From Candidatus Kerfeldbacteria bacterium (GTDB lineage: Bacteria > Patescibacteriota > Patescibacteriia > UBA9570 > XYC2-FULL-38-9), in assembly GCA_016182555.1 (NCBI GenBank), contig JACPGJ010000004.1, positions 78,751 through 142,750 on the forward strand: DNA of 64,000 bases, in the 5' to 3' direction. Within the stretch, counting starts at the first letter, position 1, and every line of letters begins with the position of its first letter. Below the pieces are notes generated by a model. The model made no database searches. It was given only the letters and a program-made list of their open reading frames with translations, and was not told where the DNA came from. The translations under genes were made by a program, and so were the position numbers. This document shows, piece after piece, positions 51,675 through 61,745 of this stretch.

Positions 51675-51992
51675 ATGGACGCAACACAGGTAGAGCAGTT
51701 GAAATCTGCGGGTATTGAAGTTTGGGAAAACCCTTCAAATCACGAAAGTGGAGGGCGCATTGGATCCGCATGGTTGTTTGAGTGGCGACCGAGCAACGGG
51801 ATTTGGTTCGCCAGACCACAATGCGGATGGCCAAGCTCGAATGACCTCCCTCTGGACATTGATGGATTCCTATGCCGAGAAGGTTCGGGAATTCAGAGGG
51901 ATGGGTGGACACGCGCATTTCTTGTTGAGAATCATGCTCTGGCCACCTTCAAAGTGGCAGTAGAAATTGTTATGTTTTTTAAAAAAGCATAA
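51675..51992 (+). CDS. Hypothetical protein in a short GC-rich patch. Ends inside a perfect 12-bp hairpin.
   Basis: ORF only. Alternative overlapping frames exist. Confidence 0.2.
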   Translation: MDATQVEQLKSAGIEVWENPSNHESGGRIGSAWLFEWRPSNGIWFARPQCGWPSSNDLPLDIDGFLCREGSGIQRDGWTRAFLVENHALATFKVAVEIVMFFKKA

Positions 51993-51999
51993 CAATTTC
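51963..51999. terminator. Bidirectional terminator-like hairpin (GAAATTGTTATG...CATAACAATTTC) between convergent genes
   Basis: Perfect 12-bp inverted repeat with a palindromic TTTTTTAAAAAA loop. Confidence 0.45.
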
Positions 52000-52054
52000 A
52001 CGCACACGCCCGCATCATTCTTTGGAGGACGAGATGCGGGATTTTTTTATTCTT

Positions 52055-52885
52055 TCACGCCGTTTTCTTTTTTATCACAAACGCCGTTCCGTACTTACCC
52101 CTATTACCAATATCTATTTCTATAGGGGCACCTGTTGGCAACTCTTTTTTCATGTGTTGAATTTTTCCAAAATCTCGAGCATGCACCGCTGCAACATACA
52201 GCTCTCCACCCGGAAGCAACTTTGCAATTGCCGCACGAAGAACATCTGAAAAATAAGGCAAATTCGTGGCATAAATATCTCCTTGACCTGAATACAAAAA
52301 TTCTCCGTTGGTGTCAATAATTAAATCAAACTCCTCAAAATCTCTCATTTCTAAAATACTGCGAAGTTTTCTATCGTTCGGATGAATCGTGTCATTTAAT
52401 TGTTCTGTGCTTCCTGGGGGTAGTGATAATTCTTTTTTACAAACCGCGTTAACAATCGCTCGTTTCTGCTTTGTCGCCACTTCAGGCTGAACGAGGTTTT
52501 CAATAGACGTGCCAAACACCACAACATCCTTACCAAATTTTTTTCTTATCTGGTCAGTAAAAAATCCAAAACCGCAACCCATATCCAGAATTCTCACTGG
52601 TCGATGGTCATTTTCCTGACGAACCCGTTCAATGATGCGTGGAATAATATCTTCCATAAAATTGACGCCATGCTCGGCGTTGATTCCAATAGATTCTCCA
52701 TCTTGATTCAAAGAAATGATTCCCTCAGCTAAACGACAACGCTCAACGCGTCTATTGGTGATTCTTTCTGCGTAATGTGCTCGTACCGCCGGATTCCATT
52801 TTTCTGTGGCAAGGTTCTTCCACCCTGGCCACGGTTTTTTTGCAAAGGGCTCTCCTCCACGACCACGAATTCTATTTTTTGGCAT
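52055..52885 (-). CDS. Class I SAM-dependent methyltransferase
   Basis: Motif I ILDMGCGFGFF. Confidence 0.55.
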   Translation of the reverse strand: MPKNRIRGRGGEPFAKKPWPGWKNLATEKWNPAVRAHYAERITNRRVERCRLAEGIISLNQDGESIGINAEHGVNFMEDIIPRIIERVRQENDHRPVRILDMGCGFGFFTDQIRKKFGKDVVVFGTSIENLVQPEVATKQKRAIVNAVCKKELSLPPGSTEQLNDTIHPNDRKLRSILEMRDFEEFDLIIDTNGEFLYSGQGDIYATNLPYFSDVLRAAIAKLLPGGELYVAAVHARDFGKIQHMKKELPTGAPIEIDIGNRGKYGTAFVIKKKTA

Positions 52886-52895
52886 AGTAGTACAT

Positions 52896-54014
52896 TTATA
52901 TCAACCCTTTCAAAAATGCTATTGCGGGCGCAACTCGAATCTTGTCCGTTATATAATTCTTTTTTCCGATAGCACTAATCTGCCACATTTCACACTCAGG
53001 AAACCGTGCTTGAAAATACCGCAACGTTTGGCTGACATCTGCATCTTGCCATTTACATTCTATGGCTTGAGTGGGTTTGCCATTGCGAGTAATGATAAAA
53101 TCTATTTCTCGTTTATCAACATCACGGAAATAACGCAGATCAACATCTTCTCCCTTCACGTCTTGTTGAAACTGTACCCATTTCAATAAATGCCCGGCCA
53201 CCATATTTTCAAAGCGAAATGATTCGTCTTGCACCAATGTCCAATCTACCTGATAGTGTTTCTGCGCTTGTTTGTTGGCACGCACTTGCGGTGCGCCAAA
53301 GGGCGACAAACGGAATATTGCATACAGCCGTTCGAGAATTTCAATCCAATGTTCCACTGTTTTGTGCGCCACTTGTAAATCTGCACGTAACGCGTTCAGT
53401 GAAAGCGGTGAACCAACCAAATCCGGCAAACGCAACATGAGTAACTCGAATTGACCAATGTCTTGCACGCGCTCGAGTGTACGGATATCTTCTTCAAGAA
53501 GACGGGTGCGATATTCACGCAACCATCGCTTTGCTTCCACCGCACTGCTACTAAAAAACGGTTCGGGAAAACCGCCCAAATTCAACAATTCCAACAATTC
53601 TTTTTGTGTAGTCATTTTGAGCTCCGCCACAGACAATGGATGAAGGTGCAAATAATGGTAGCGCCCTTGCAATGAATCACCGCCGTACCGATAAAAACCC
53701 AAATGCGCGCTGCCAGTAACGAGAATTTGTTTTTGTTGGTGATATTGATCGTACACACCCTTGAGTAAATCTCGCCATTTTCTATATTTATGAATTTCAT
53801 CAAATATCCAAAGCGTTCCTGTTGGTAACTCGCGCTTGAGAATACGTTCGCGATCTTCCGGAATATCCCAATTCAAATACCCACCCGTGCGCTTGCCAAG
53901 GAGCTGTCGTGCGATCGTTGTTTTACCCACCTGTCGCGGGCCACCAACAAAAACCATCTTTTTTTGAAGATCGTTATGGATTTGGTCGAACAAATAACGT
54001 TTAGTCGGTTTCAT
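52896..54014 (-). CDS. AAA+ ATPase of the COG1373/DUF4143 family
   Basis: VFVGGPRQVGKTT Walker A. Typical length and C-terminal region. Confidence 0.65.
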   Translation of the reverse strand: MKPTKRYLFDQIHNDLQKKMVFVGGPRQVGKTTIARQLLGKRTGGYLNWDIPEDRERILKRELPTGTLWIFDEIHKYRKWRDLLKGVYDQYHQQKQILVTGSAHLGFYRYGGDSLQGRYHYLHLHPLSVAELKMTTQKELLELLNLGGFPEPFFSSSAVEAKRWLREYRTRLLEEDIRTLERVQDIGQFELLMLRLPDLVGSPLSLNALRADLQVAHKTVEHWIEILERLYAIFRLSPFGAPQVRANKQAQKHYQVDWTLVQDESFRFENMVAGHLLKWVQFQQDVKGEDVDLRYFRDVDKREIDFIITRNGKPTQAIECKWQDADVSQTLRYFQARFPECEMWQISAIGKKNYITDKIRVAPAIAFLKGLI

Positions 54015-54122
54015 AGAGGAACTGTGTGATTTTGTCTATTTCTATGATACTATAAATTTCGCCTAGTGTCAAAATTACTCGCGAGTATTTTTGCCCGTGG
54101 GTGAAATTACGTGTTTCGTCAA

Positions 54123-54374
54123 TTATGCGTATACTCCTTGCCGATGATTGATATCAATAACGAAGACCATCAACTTTTGTGCATAGACTGTGTAGATAAT
54201 GCGATATGGCCAGACGCGTAAGGAATAAAAACCAGCGAATTCCCCTTTGAGCGGTTTTCCCAAATACGGTTCTGTTTCTAATACACACAACGCGCTCAAA
54301 ATACGTTTACGATAGCGGTTATCTATTTTTTTGAGATTTTTGTGTGCGGATTTTTTGACGACGACTTCGTACAT
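54123..54374 (-). CDS. RelE/ParE-family toxin
   Basis: MYEVVVKKSAHKNLKKI...LRVWPYRIIY. Confidence 0.65.
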   Translation of the reverse strand: MYEVVVKKSAHKNLKKIDNRYRKRILSALCVLETEPYLGKPLKGEFAGFYSLRVWPYRIIYTVYAQKLMVFVIDINHRQGVYA

Positions 54375-54672
54375 CTATTCTATCTTTAGGAATGACGCGC
54401 TCTTCCTCCTCCAGAATCGCTCGTAATGAAATAAAATCTTTTTTCGCAAATACTTTCCGTGCAGATCGTATGGTTCGAACAAGGCGTGGGTTGCTTGCGA
54501 TGTCGATCGTCTCTATCCAGGAATCAAACTCATCAGCAGATATAACGACCGCACACGCACGCCCGTGTTCTGTTAACGTACTGTACTGGCTTCCTTTTTG
54601 GACAAATTTGGCAATATCAAAAATACGTTTTCTGGCTTCTGTGATAGAAAGTGTTTTAAGTGAGGTATTCAT
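54319..54672 (-). CDS. Phd/YefM-like antitoxin, C-terminally extended, overlapping the toxin by 56 nt
   Basis: N-terminal LSITEARKRIFDIAKFV antitoxin fold pattern. Confidence 0.45.
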   Translation of the reverse strand: MNTSLKTLSITEARKRIFDIAKFVQKGSQYSTLTEHGRACAVVISADEFDSWIETIDIASNPRLVRTIRSARKVFAKKDFISLRAILEEEERVIPKDRIDVRSRRQKIRTQKSQKNR

Positions 54673-54807
54673 ACTAGGTACAGAATAACGTACGTTTTTA
54701 TACTTGTCAAATTTTCGCGAATGCCTGGAACAATTTTTTCAAAAACAGCACGGCTTTGCGAAGCAAAACACACCCCTGGCGATGGTTGTTTTACCCGCTT
54801 ACCGCTT

Positions 54808-56028
54808 TTATCTTGGTTTAGAGAAATGCGGTTTCATTTTTTTTAACAACTCTACTCCAATTCTTCTATAAATTTGTGCAATTTTTTCAAAATCATCTTC
54901 AGTAAAATATCTTCTTGCAGAGACAAATACGTCATCATGATTTTCATCATCTGAATTTTCAGCCTCCTTAATTAAATCTTCTATAATGCCTGTAGGGTTG
55001 TGATAACCTTTTTGTTTTAATACGTGCTCCATTGCATGTTTTTGTACCTGATAGCTGTACCAATACCTGTCATTTTCTGCTGTTATTTTTACTTTTTGAT
55101 AGTACTCACTATTTGGATCCATGGCATAAAGTGGGTTGAAAAATCTAAAATACACTCCGTTTTTACCACCAATAACCCACTCAGAAACATCGGATAAAAA
55201 TTCTGCTGCTTGTGCATTGTTCTTAAACGTTAAACCCGGTACTTCCGTCGTAAAAGATTTGAATGGTTCATCTAACCGTTGATGATCATTTTCTAAAAAA
55301 AGTGAGGGGAAATATTTATATTGAATTTCATGAGTGATTTCATTTGCTACAGTGCCGTCAAATGCACTTTGAGTATCTACTGTATACCCTGCTTTTTGGG
55401 CTGGTGACATGAACCAATCATCTAACTCCCCCGTATATGCTTCTATTCCCATAACGATTTCAGTTTTTCCTCCATATCTATGTCCTTCTCTATACATTCC
55501 TCCACTTCTACCATCAGGAACTTCCAACCAATCAATTTTCTCTCCTTCTAACTGTATTCCAGCATCTTGGAAAATGTGTTCCAGTGGGTGCGAATGATCG
55601 AGTGTTGTTTGATGATGTTTGCAACCCAATTGTTCGGCAGCTAAAAAAGTTTTATCCCTGCCATTTCTTAAAAAATAATGGTGTATGCGAACTTTTGGTG
55701 TAAGTGTAAAATACTCTTTATTAGGAACAGTTGGGGAAAAGCTTGGGTTTAGTAATTCTGAATTTGTGTATAGCCTATCTCCATATAATCCTGAAAATTT
55801 TTGAGCATAATCTTCATAAAAACTTTTTTGTCTTAATTCTTCTAGCTTTTTTTCTTGTTCTTTTTGTGCGTTCACAACTGTTTCTATTCCGGTTAATCCT
55901 TGACTGGCCAAGGCCGCAGCTGTAATCACTTTGGTGGTTTTTATTAAAAAATCTCTTCTACTCATACCGTTACCTTCAGAAGATTCTTGTGGAATACGTG
56001 TTGGAAATTTTTCTGACATGTATATCAA
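54808..56028 (-). CDS. Tat-signal secreted protein with an HExxH motif (possible zinc metallopeptidase)
   Basis: SRRDFLIKTTKVITAAALA twin-arginine signal. ANEITHEIQ contains HEITH. Confidence 0.4.
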   Translation of the reverse strand: MIYMSEKFPTRIPQESSEGNGMSRRDFLIKTTKVITAAALASQGLTGIETVVNAQKEQEKKLEELRQKSFYEDYAQKFSGLYGDRLYTNSELLNPSFSPTVPNKEYFTLTPKVRIHHYFLRNGRDKTFLAAEQLGCKHHQTTLDHSHPLEHIFQDAGIQLEGEKIDWLEVPDGRSGGMYREGHRYGGKTEIVMGIEAYTGELDDWFMSPAQKAGYTVDTQSAFDGTVANEITHEIQYKYFPSLFLENDHQRLDEPFKSFTTEVPGLTFKNNAQAAEFLSDVSEWVIGGKNGVYFRFFNPLYAMDPNSEYYQKVKITAENDRYWYSYQVQKHAMEHVLKQKGYHNPTGIIEDLIKEAENSDDENHDDVFVSARRYFTEDDFEKIAQIYRRIGVELLKKMKPHFSKPR

Positions 56029-56052
56029 ATCACAAGATTAAACGGTTGAATA

Positions 56053-57330
56053 TTATTTTCTTAGCGTAATAAATTTGCGTTTACCGACTTGAACCGTGTC
56101 GCCATCTGCAAATGCAAGTGCCGTGTGCGCATCGTTCACTTTCTTTCCATTCAACTTCACGCCACCTTGTTCAATCAACCGCCGTGTTTCTGCTTTTGAA
56201 ACCGCCAACCCCGCACGCACAATCACATCCACTATGCTCACATCTTCCACAGCAAGATGGTACACTGGAATATCTGTTGGTGCGCCTTTTTGTTGAAACA
56301 CCTGAATAAATTCTTTTTCTGCCGCGTTTGCCGCTTCCACAGAATGATATAACGCAATAATTTTGCGCGCTAAACACATTTTCAAATCGCGCGGATTCTC
56401 TCCCTTACTCAATGCATGCTTCACGCCTTGCACATCTTGTACTGAAGAATTTGTACAGAGCCAAAAATACTCCGGTATCAATTCATCTTTCAAAGACATC
56501 ACCTTTCCAAACATATCATTTGGTGAATCATCCACGCCAATCACATTTCCAAAACTTTTACTCATTTTGCGACCATCCAACCCGGGTAATAATTCAAACG
56601 TCACCACCACCTTTTCTTTCTTGTTCATCATTTGCTGCAGGCTACGGCCAGTGAGCATATTAAACAACTGGTCATTCCCACCAAATTCTGCGTCCACATC
56701 CATCGCGACCGAATCATACCCTTGCATAATTGGATACAAAAATTCATGCACATGGATCGGTTTCCCTTCTTGCATCCGTTTTTCAAACATGTCGCGCTCC
56801 AACATTTGCTGAACCGTGAAACGCGCAGACAATTCAATGACATCCGAAAAACGTAACTTGTCTAGCCATTTCGCATTAAATTCTAAACGTGCGGGGTTTG
56901 ACGCGCTATCAGAAAAATCTAAAATCTTTGCGGCCTGTTCTTTATAGGTCGCCGCATTGGCGAGCACCTCTTCATGCGTCAGGGTCGTCCGCGCTGCAGA
57001 ACGATCGGTAGGATCACCAATACGTGCAGTAAAATCGCCAATCAACAAAATAATTTCATGCCCCAAATCTTGCAACTGACGCATTTTTCGTAAAATAACG
57101 GCATGACCAATATGAATAACCGGACCAGTAGGATCTACCCCTAAATACAAACGCATCCGTTCACCGGTTTGTAACTTTTTGGTAAAAATATCCTTTGGGA
57201 TAATACCTGCAACACCGCGAGTCAGTAAATCTTCCAACATCATTGGGTCGTCTACTTTCTGTGCTTGATTTTTTACTTGTTTTTCTGGCATAATAAGCAT
57301 ATTGTAACATAAAATAGACAACTCAGCCAC
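56053..57330 (-). CDS. tyrS: Tyrosyl-tRNA synthetase
   Basis: HIGH (VIHIGHAV) and KMSKS motifs, C-terminal S4 domain. Start may be M14 (57291). Confidence 0.9.
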   Translation of the reverse strand: MAELSILCYNMLIMPEKQVKNQAQKVDDPMMLEDLLTRGVAGIIPKDIFTKKLQTGERMRLYLGVDPTGPVIHIGHAVILRKMRQLQDLGHEIILLIGDFTARIGDPTDRSAARTTLTHEEVLANAATYKEQAAKILDFSDSASNPARLEFNAKWLDKLRFSDVIELSARFTVQQMLERDMFEKRMQEGKPIHVHEFLYPIMQGYDSVAMDVDAEFGGNDQLFNMLTGRSLQQMMNKKEKVVVTFELLPGLDGRKMSKSFGNVIGVDDSPNDMFGKVMSLKDELIPEYFWLCTNSSVQDVQGVKHALSKGENPRDLKMCLARKIIALYHSVEAANAAEKEFIQVFQQKGAPTDIPVYHLAVEDVSIVDVIVRAGLAVSKAETRRLIEQGGVKLNGKKVNDAHTALAFADGDTVQVGKRKFITLRK

Positions 57331-57347
57331 TCACAAACCATACCCCT

Positions 57348-59975
57348 ATGCCCATACCTCAATTAGAGAAAAAACACTCGAAAAATGATGCTCCGCACGT
57401 GCGCAGCGCCGCTAGTGTACGCAGAAAACGAATGGCTTCCAGAGAAGAAAAGACAGCCAACGGCTCGGCTCGGGAACAGCGTAAAACCGGTAGCCGGTGG
57501 AAACGCTTTTCCATTAAAAAAAAGATTCTTGTTATTGTCGCATTCTTGGGTGTTGTTGGTCTGGGCCTGGGAGCAACGGCGGTTGGCGCGGCGTATATGT
57601 GGGTATCGAAAGACTTGGCGGATATTAGCGATTTAGAACAACGCGCGACAGATGAAAGTACAAAAATTTATGCGCGTGATGGAGAAACTCTTCTGTATGA
57701 AGTGGGTGATAACCGACGCATTGATACGCCAATCGACCAAATCGATAAGCACATTCAACAAGCCACGGTAGCGATTGAAGACCGCCGTTTTTATGAACAT
57801 TCCGGTATTGATATTAAGGGTATTTTCCGGGCGGTATTCAAATTCCGTGGTGTGGGAAGCGCACAAGGAGCGTCCACGCTTACCCAACAACTGGTGAGTA
57901 ATACCATTCTTTCCAAAGATCGAAACATCAAACGAAAATTGAAGGAGTTGATTCTGGCTATCCGCTTGGAACAAAAATATAGCAAGGATCAAATTCTTGC
58001 TATGTATATGAATGAAGTCTACTATGGGCCGAATTATCAAGGGGTGGGGATTGCAGCGCAAGAATATTTTGGACACTCCGCTGCTCAGGTAAGCATTGCA
58101 GAGGCCGCAACACTCGCTTCGTTACCAAAATCTCCCTCGGCGCTACCATACAATCCAGACCGACTCAAAACTCGGCGCGATTACACACTCTCGATTATGA
58201 AAGAACAGGGATATATTACGGCAGCAGAAGAAGAACAAGCAAAGGCGGAGCCGGTAGTGATGAATACCGAATTTGATACGCCGATTAAAGCTGCGCATTT
58301 CGTATTTTATGTCAAAGATTATTTAGAAGAAAAATACGGCCAAACAACGGTGAATAACGGTGGGCTGCGCGTGGTCACTACCCTCGAGTGGGACAAACAA
58401 CAAAAGGCTGAGAAGGCCATAAGCAATAATATTGCCAATATTGAAAACTATGGCGGCGATAATGCTGCGCTCGTTTCGATAGATGCACATAATGGTCAAA
58501 TCTTAGCCCTGGTTGGTTCACGTGGATTTTTTGATGATGAGCACCACGGACAAGTTAACGTTGCGACCAGCCCGAACCAACAACCCGGCTCTTCGTTTAA
58601 ACCATTGGTGTATTACACCGCATTTACGAAAGGGTATATTCCCGAAACACGCATCTATGATTTGGAAACAGATTTTCCAATCGAAACAGGCGTGTATCAT
58701 CCGCATAACTTTGATGGACATGAACATGGTTTACTCACCTTGCGCACAGCACTCGACCAATCGTATAACATTCCCGCGGTTAAAATGATGTATCTTGCTG
58801 GCAAAGATGAGGTGATTAATAATGCGGAAAAAATTGGCTACACAACGTTTGGTGATCGCAACCGTTTTGGATTATCCATGGCCTTGGGCGCCGGCGATGT
58901 GTCCTTATTGGAACATACGGCAGCCTACGCCACCTTTGCCCGCGAAGGGGAATATCATCGCCCTGGTGCGATTTTGAAAGTCATGGATCGAGAGGGTAAT
59001 ACATTAGAAGAGTGGCAAGACCGTGCTGAACAAACGCTCGACCAAAACGCTGTACGGACACTCAATAATGTCCTTTCTGATGCTGCTGCTCGGGGAAGTA
59101 TTTTCCGTGGGCTGAACCTCTCTGATCGGCCTGTCGCTGCAAAAACCGGCACAAGCAATGAATTCCGTGATGCCTGGGCAATGGGCTACACCCCATCAAT
59201 TGCTACTGGTGTATGGACCGGACGCAATGACAATGCGCCGATGAATAACTATGCTGATGGTATTGTGATTGCGGCGCCACTCTGGCATGAATATATGGAA
59301 TCCATTCTGGGCGGCTCTCCGGTAGAAACATTTAACAGCCCGTCGTATAAAGCCGGCAACGAAGTACTGGGTGGAAATTTGGATACAGAAAAAGAATATT
59401 CCGTAGACAGCATCACTGGTGAAATTATTCCCGATGAGTGTGTGAGCACTTACCCAGCAGAATATGTGACTAAAAAAACACTAAAAGAAACTCACACTAT
59501 TCTCCACTACATCAATCGTGAAGATCCAACCGGGTCCGCTCCGGAAGACCCCACCAAAGACCCTATGTACAATTCGTGGGAAGCGGCCGTGCAACGGTAT
59601 GCCGAAAGTAAACCAACTGAATACGTGACCGATAAAACACCGCGTGCTGATTGCCACATGCGAGATGTCAACCAACAGCCAACCGTACATATTGCATCAT
59701 TAGAAGAAGGAGAAACCTATCTTCGACGACAGTTGATTATTTCCGCCGAAGTCACCCCAGGAAGCGGAAGAACAATTACCACTATTCGCTATTTAATTGA
59801 CGATTTTCTGGTTGATACAGATGAAGGAGAATCAATAACCGGAAAACAAAGCGTCACGTCACAATATACTCCACGAAATCTCACGGCTGGTCGACATACG
59901 GTTTCTGTTGAAGTTATCGATGACCGTGGAAATACGAACACGGATTCGGTCAACATTACCTACCTACGGGATTAG
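57348..59975 (+). CDS. Class A penicillin-binding protein (glycosyltransferase GT51 + transpeptidase) with a long C-terminal extension
   Basis: GT51 motifs EDRRFYEHSGID and STLTQQL. Transpeptidase motifs SSFKP, SYN-like and KTGT. Confidence 0.9.
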   Translation: MPIPQLEKKHSKNDAPHVRSAASVRRKRMASREEKTANGSAREQRKTGSRWKRFSIKKKILVIVAFLGVVGLGLGATAVGAAYMWVSKDLADISDLEQRATDESTKIYARDGETLLYEVGDNRRIDTPIDQIDKHIQQATVAIEDRRFYEHSGIDIKGIFRAVFKFRGVGSAQGASTLTQQLVSNTILSKDRNIKRKLKELILAIRLEQKYSKDQILAMYMNEVYYGPNYQGVGIAAQEYFGHSAAQVSIAEAATLASLPKSPSALPYNPDRLKTRRDYTLSIMKEQGYITAAEEEQAKAEPVVMNTEFDTPIKAAHFVFYVKDYLEEKYGQTTVNNGGLRVVTTLEWDKQQKAEKAISNNIANIENYGGDNAALVSIDAHNGQILALVGSRGFFDDEHHGQVNVATSPNQQPGSSFKPLVYYTAFTKGYIPETRIYDLETDFPIETGVYHPHNFDGHEHGLLTLRTALDQSYNIPAVKMMYLAGKDEVINNAEKIGYTTFGDRNRFGLSMALGAGDVSLLEHTAAYATFAREGEYHRPGAILKVMDREGNTLEEWQDRAEQTLDQNAVRTLNNVLSDAAARGSIFRGLNLSDRPVAAKTGTSNEFRDAWAMGYTPSIATGVWTGRNDNAPMNNYADGIVIAAPLWHEYMESILGGSPVETFNSPSYKAGNEVLGGNLDTEKEYSVDSITGEIIPDECVSTYPAEYVTKKTLKETHTILHYINREDPTGSAPEDPTKDPMYNSWEAAVQRYAESKPTEYVTDKTPRADCHMRDVNQQPTVHIASLEEGETYLRRQLIISAEVTPGSGRTITTIRYLIDDFLVDTDEGESITGKQSVTSQYTPRNLTAGRHTVSVEVIDDRGNTNTDSVNITYLRD

Positions 59976-60289
59976 TACCCTTCTCGTGGTTGTTTCGTAA
60001 CAAACACAAAGCGGAGAATCTCTGGCCGACCGAGACGGTTGTTCATTTCGGAAATCAACGCCTCTTCACAGCGCTGTATCTCTTCAGCAACAGCGGGGTG
60101 AGCAATTTCAATAGCGAGTGTTCTATTTTTTATTGAACGCGGGTGAGCATGTGATGCGACCCCTTCTCCAAAACGTTCTCGCAGCACTTCGGCGGCGAGT
60201 GTGATCGTACGGAAACCCTCCACTTGTTGGTGAATACCAGCACGTTTGAGGTTTTGATTGAGAAAAGAATAACTAACTTTACGAAACAT
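59972..60289 (-). CDS. DUF721 / DciA-like protein downstream of dnaN
   Basis: Pattern A.HA.P..I....L.IEIAHPAVA.EIQ......I..MNNRLG. Position adjacent to dnaN. Confidence 0.55.
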   Translation of the reverse strand: MFRKVSYSFLNQNLKRAGIHQQVEGFRTITLAAEVLRERFGEGVASHAHPRSIKNRTLAIEIAHPAVAEEIQRCEEALISEMNNRLGRPEILRFVFVTKQPREGY

Positions 60290-60319
60290 GCGAAAAATAG
60301 ATAATGAAGTGTAAATGAT

Positions 60320-61441
60320 TTACTGCTTTATAGGCATGATAATATAGAGATATTCCTCTACCGCGCTCCCTTCTGCGGCTGGCCGGAAAACACCTGGGTT
60401 TGTGGCATCAATTAACGATAGTTTTGTTTTGCTCGTAGAAATATGGGCCAAGCCATCTAACAAATAACGGTGGTTAAAGACCGCGCTATTCGATTCACCA
60501 GTAATTTCTGCCGCCACCTTTGTCACATTTTCTCCAACCTGATTATTCACCGTAGTGATAGTGATTGTTTGTTGCTCGGGAGAAAAATGTAAGTTGACAT
60601 CATGAATCCCAGATTTTGAAAATAACCCCGCAGCCTTCACCGCTTTACTAAAAGATTCCCGGTCAACCAACACTGTCGTTTGTTCGCTTTGAGGAATAAT
60701 CTGTTCATAGTCTGGAAATGCTCCTTCAATCAAACGACTCGTCATATCAAATTCATTTGTGTGAAATAACACCTGGCTATCGCTCATGTAAACGATAACC
60801 GGTTCGTTTGTGTCTGGCAAAATACGCACCAGTTCAATTAACGCGCTTGCGGGAATAATCAGCTTCTTCTCTGGAGCTGCAATATACGGCTGCTGCGTGG
60901 TCAGTTTGCGTTCGGTTAACCGATAGCTATCTGTGGCTACAAAAACGACTGTACGGTCTTTAACGACGCAGAGAACACCCGTCAGCTCTGGACGAGAGTA
61001 ATCATGGGATACGGCGAAAAAGGTTTGTTTCAAGGCTTCTTTTAGTGTGTTTGACGGAAGAGTAAAGGAATCTGTTTTTTCTACTTCAGGAATCAGTGGA
61101 AATTCACTCGCGGCCTCTCCGCGTATTTTTGTATGTTGGCTTCCCGCTTGCACCACTAAATCTTTATCTTCTTGCGCGACATCCACACGTTCTGAAGAAA
61201 CTAGATTCATGTAGTTGGAAAAAATTTGTGCCGGGATGGTAAATGAACCCAGTGTTTCTACCTTGCCACGAATATGCATACGAATACCAATTTCTAAATT
61301 CGTTGCCACCAAATCAATCCCTTCTTGTTTTGCATCAATGAGAATGTTGTGCAAAATTGGTAAATGTACATTTCGTGAAGTAATGTGCCCAACGACACTC
61401 AGCCCATGATTAATATTTTCTTGTGTGCAGGAAAATTTCAT
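60320..61441 (-). CDS. dnaN: DNA polymerase III beta sliding clamp
   Basis: MKFSCTQENINHGLSVVGHI. Three-domain length. Confidence 0.9.
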   Translation of the reverse strand: MKFSCTQENINHGLSVVGHITSRNVHLPILHNILIDAKQEGIDLVATNLEIGIRMHIRGKVETLGSFTIPAQIFSNYMNLVSSERVDVAQEDKDLVVQAGSQHTKIRGEAASEFPLIPEVEKTDSFTLPSNTLKEALKQTFFAVSHDYSRPELTGVLCVVKDRTVVFVATDSYRLTERKLTTQQPYIAAPEKKLIIPASALIELVRILPDTNEPVIVYMSDSQVLFHTNEFDMTSRLIEGAFPDYEQIIPQSEQTTVLVDRESFSKAVKAAGLFSKSGIHDVNLHFSPEQQTITITTVNNQVGENVTKVAAEITGESNSAVFNHRYLLDGLAHISTSKTKLSLIDATNPGVFRPAAEGSAVEEYLYIIMPIKQ

Positions 61442-61745
61442 ATTAATAATTTAATTAAATTTATAGAAGTAGTAATAGTAATAATAAGGGCTGTGGAGAG
61501 AGTGGATAATTGATATAGTCGTTTATTTACGGATACGAAATAATTTTCTCTCTGTGCATGGGTGGTGGCGTTTTCAGGTGGATAGTGATTGAAAGAACTG
61601 TGGAGAAAAATTTTCAAACGGCTGACGAAAATTTGGGGGCGACGTTTAACACGTTTTATGAACAAGTTTTCCTAAATTATTTTTTGTTTTATACCTGCTT
61701 TACTCACTGTTTATTCACAGCTTACTCACGAAATGGCCGTAGTGT
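61442..61745. promoter_or_regulatory. Putative oriC: AT-rich unwinding element plus DnaA boxes in the dnaA-dnaN spacer
   Basis: TGTGGAGAGAGTGGATAAT (contains the TTATCCAC complement), GGTGGATAG, TTATTCACA, and a 45-nt A+T tract (TTAATAATTTAATTAAATTTATAGAAGTAGTAATAGTAATAATAA). Confidence 0.5.
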
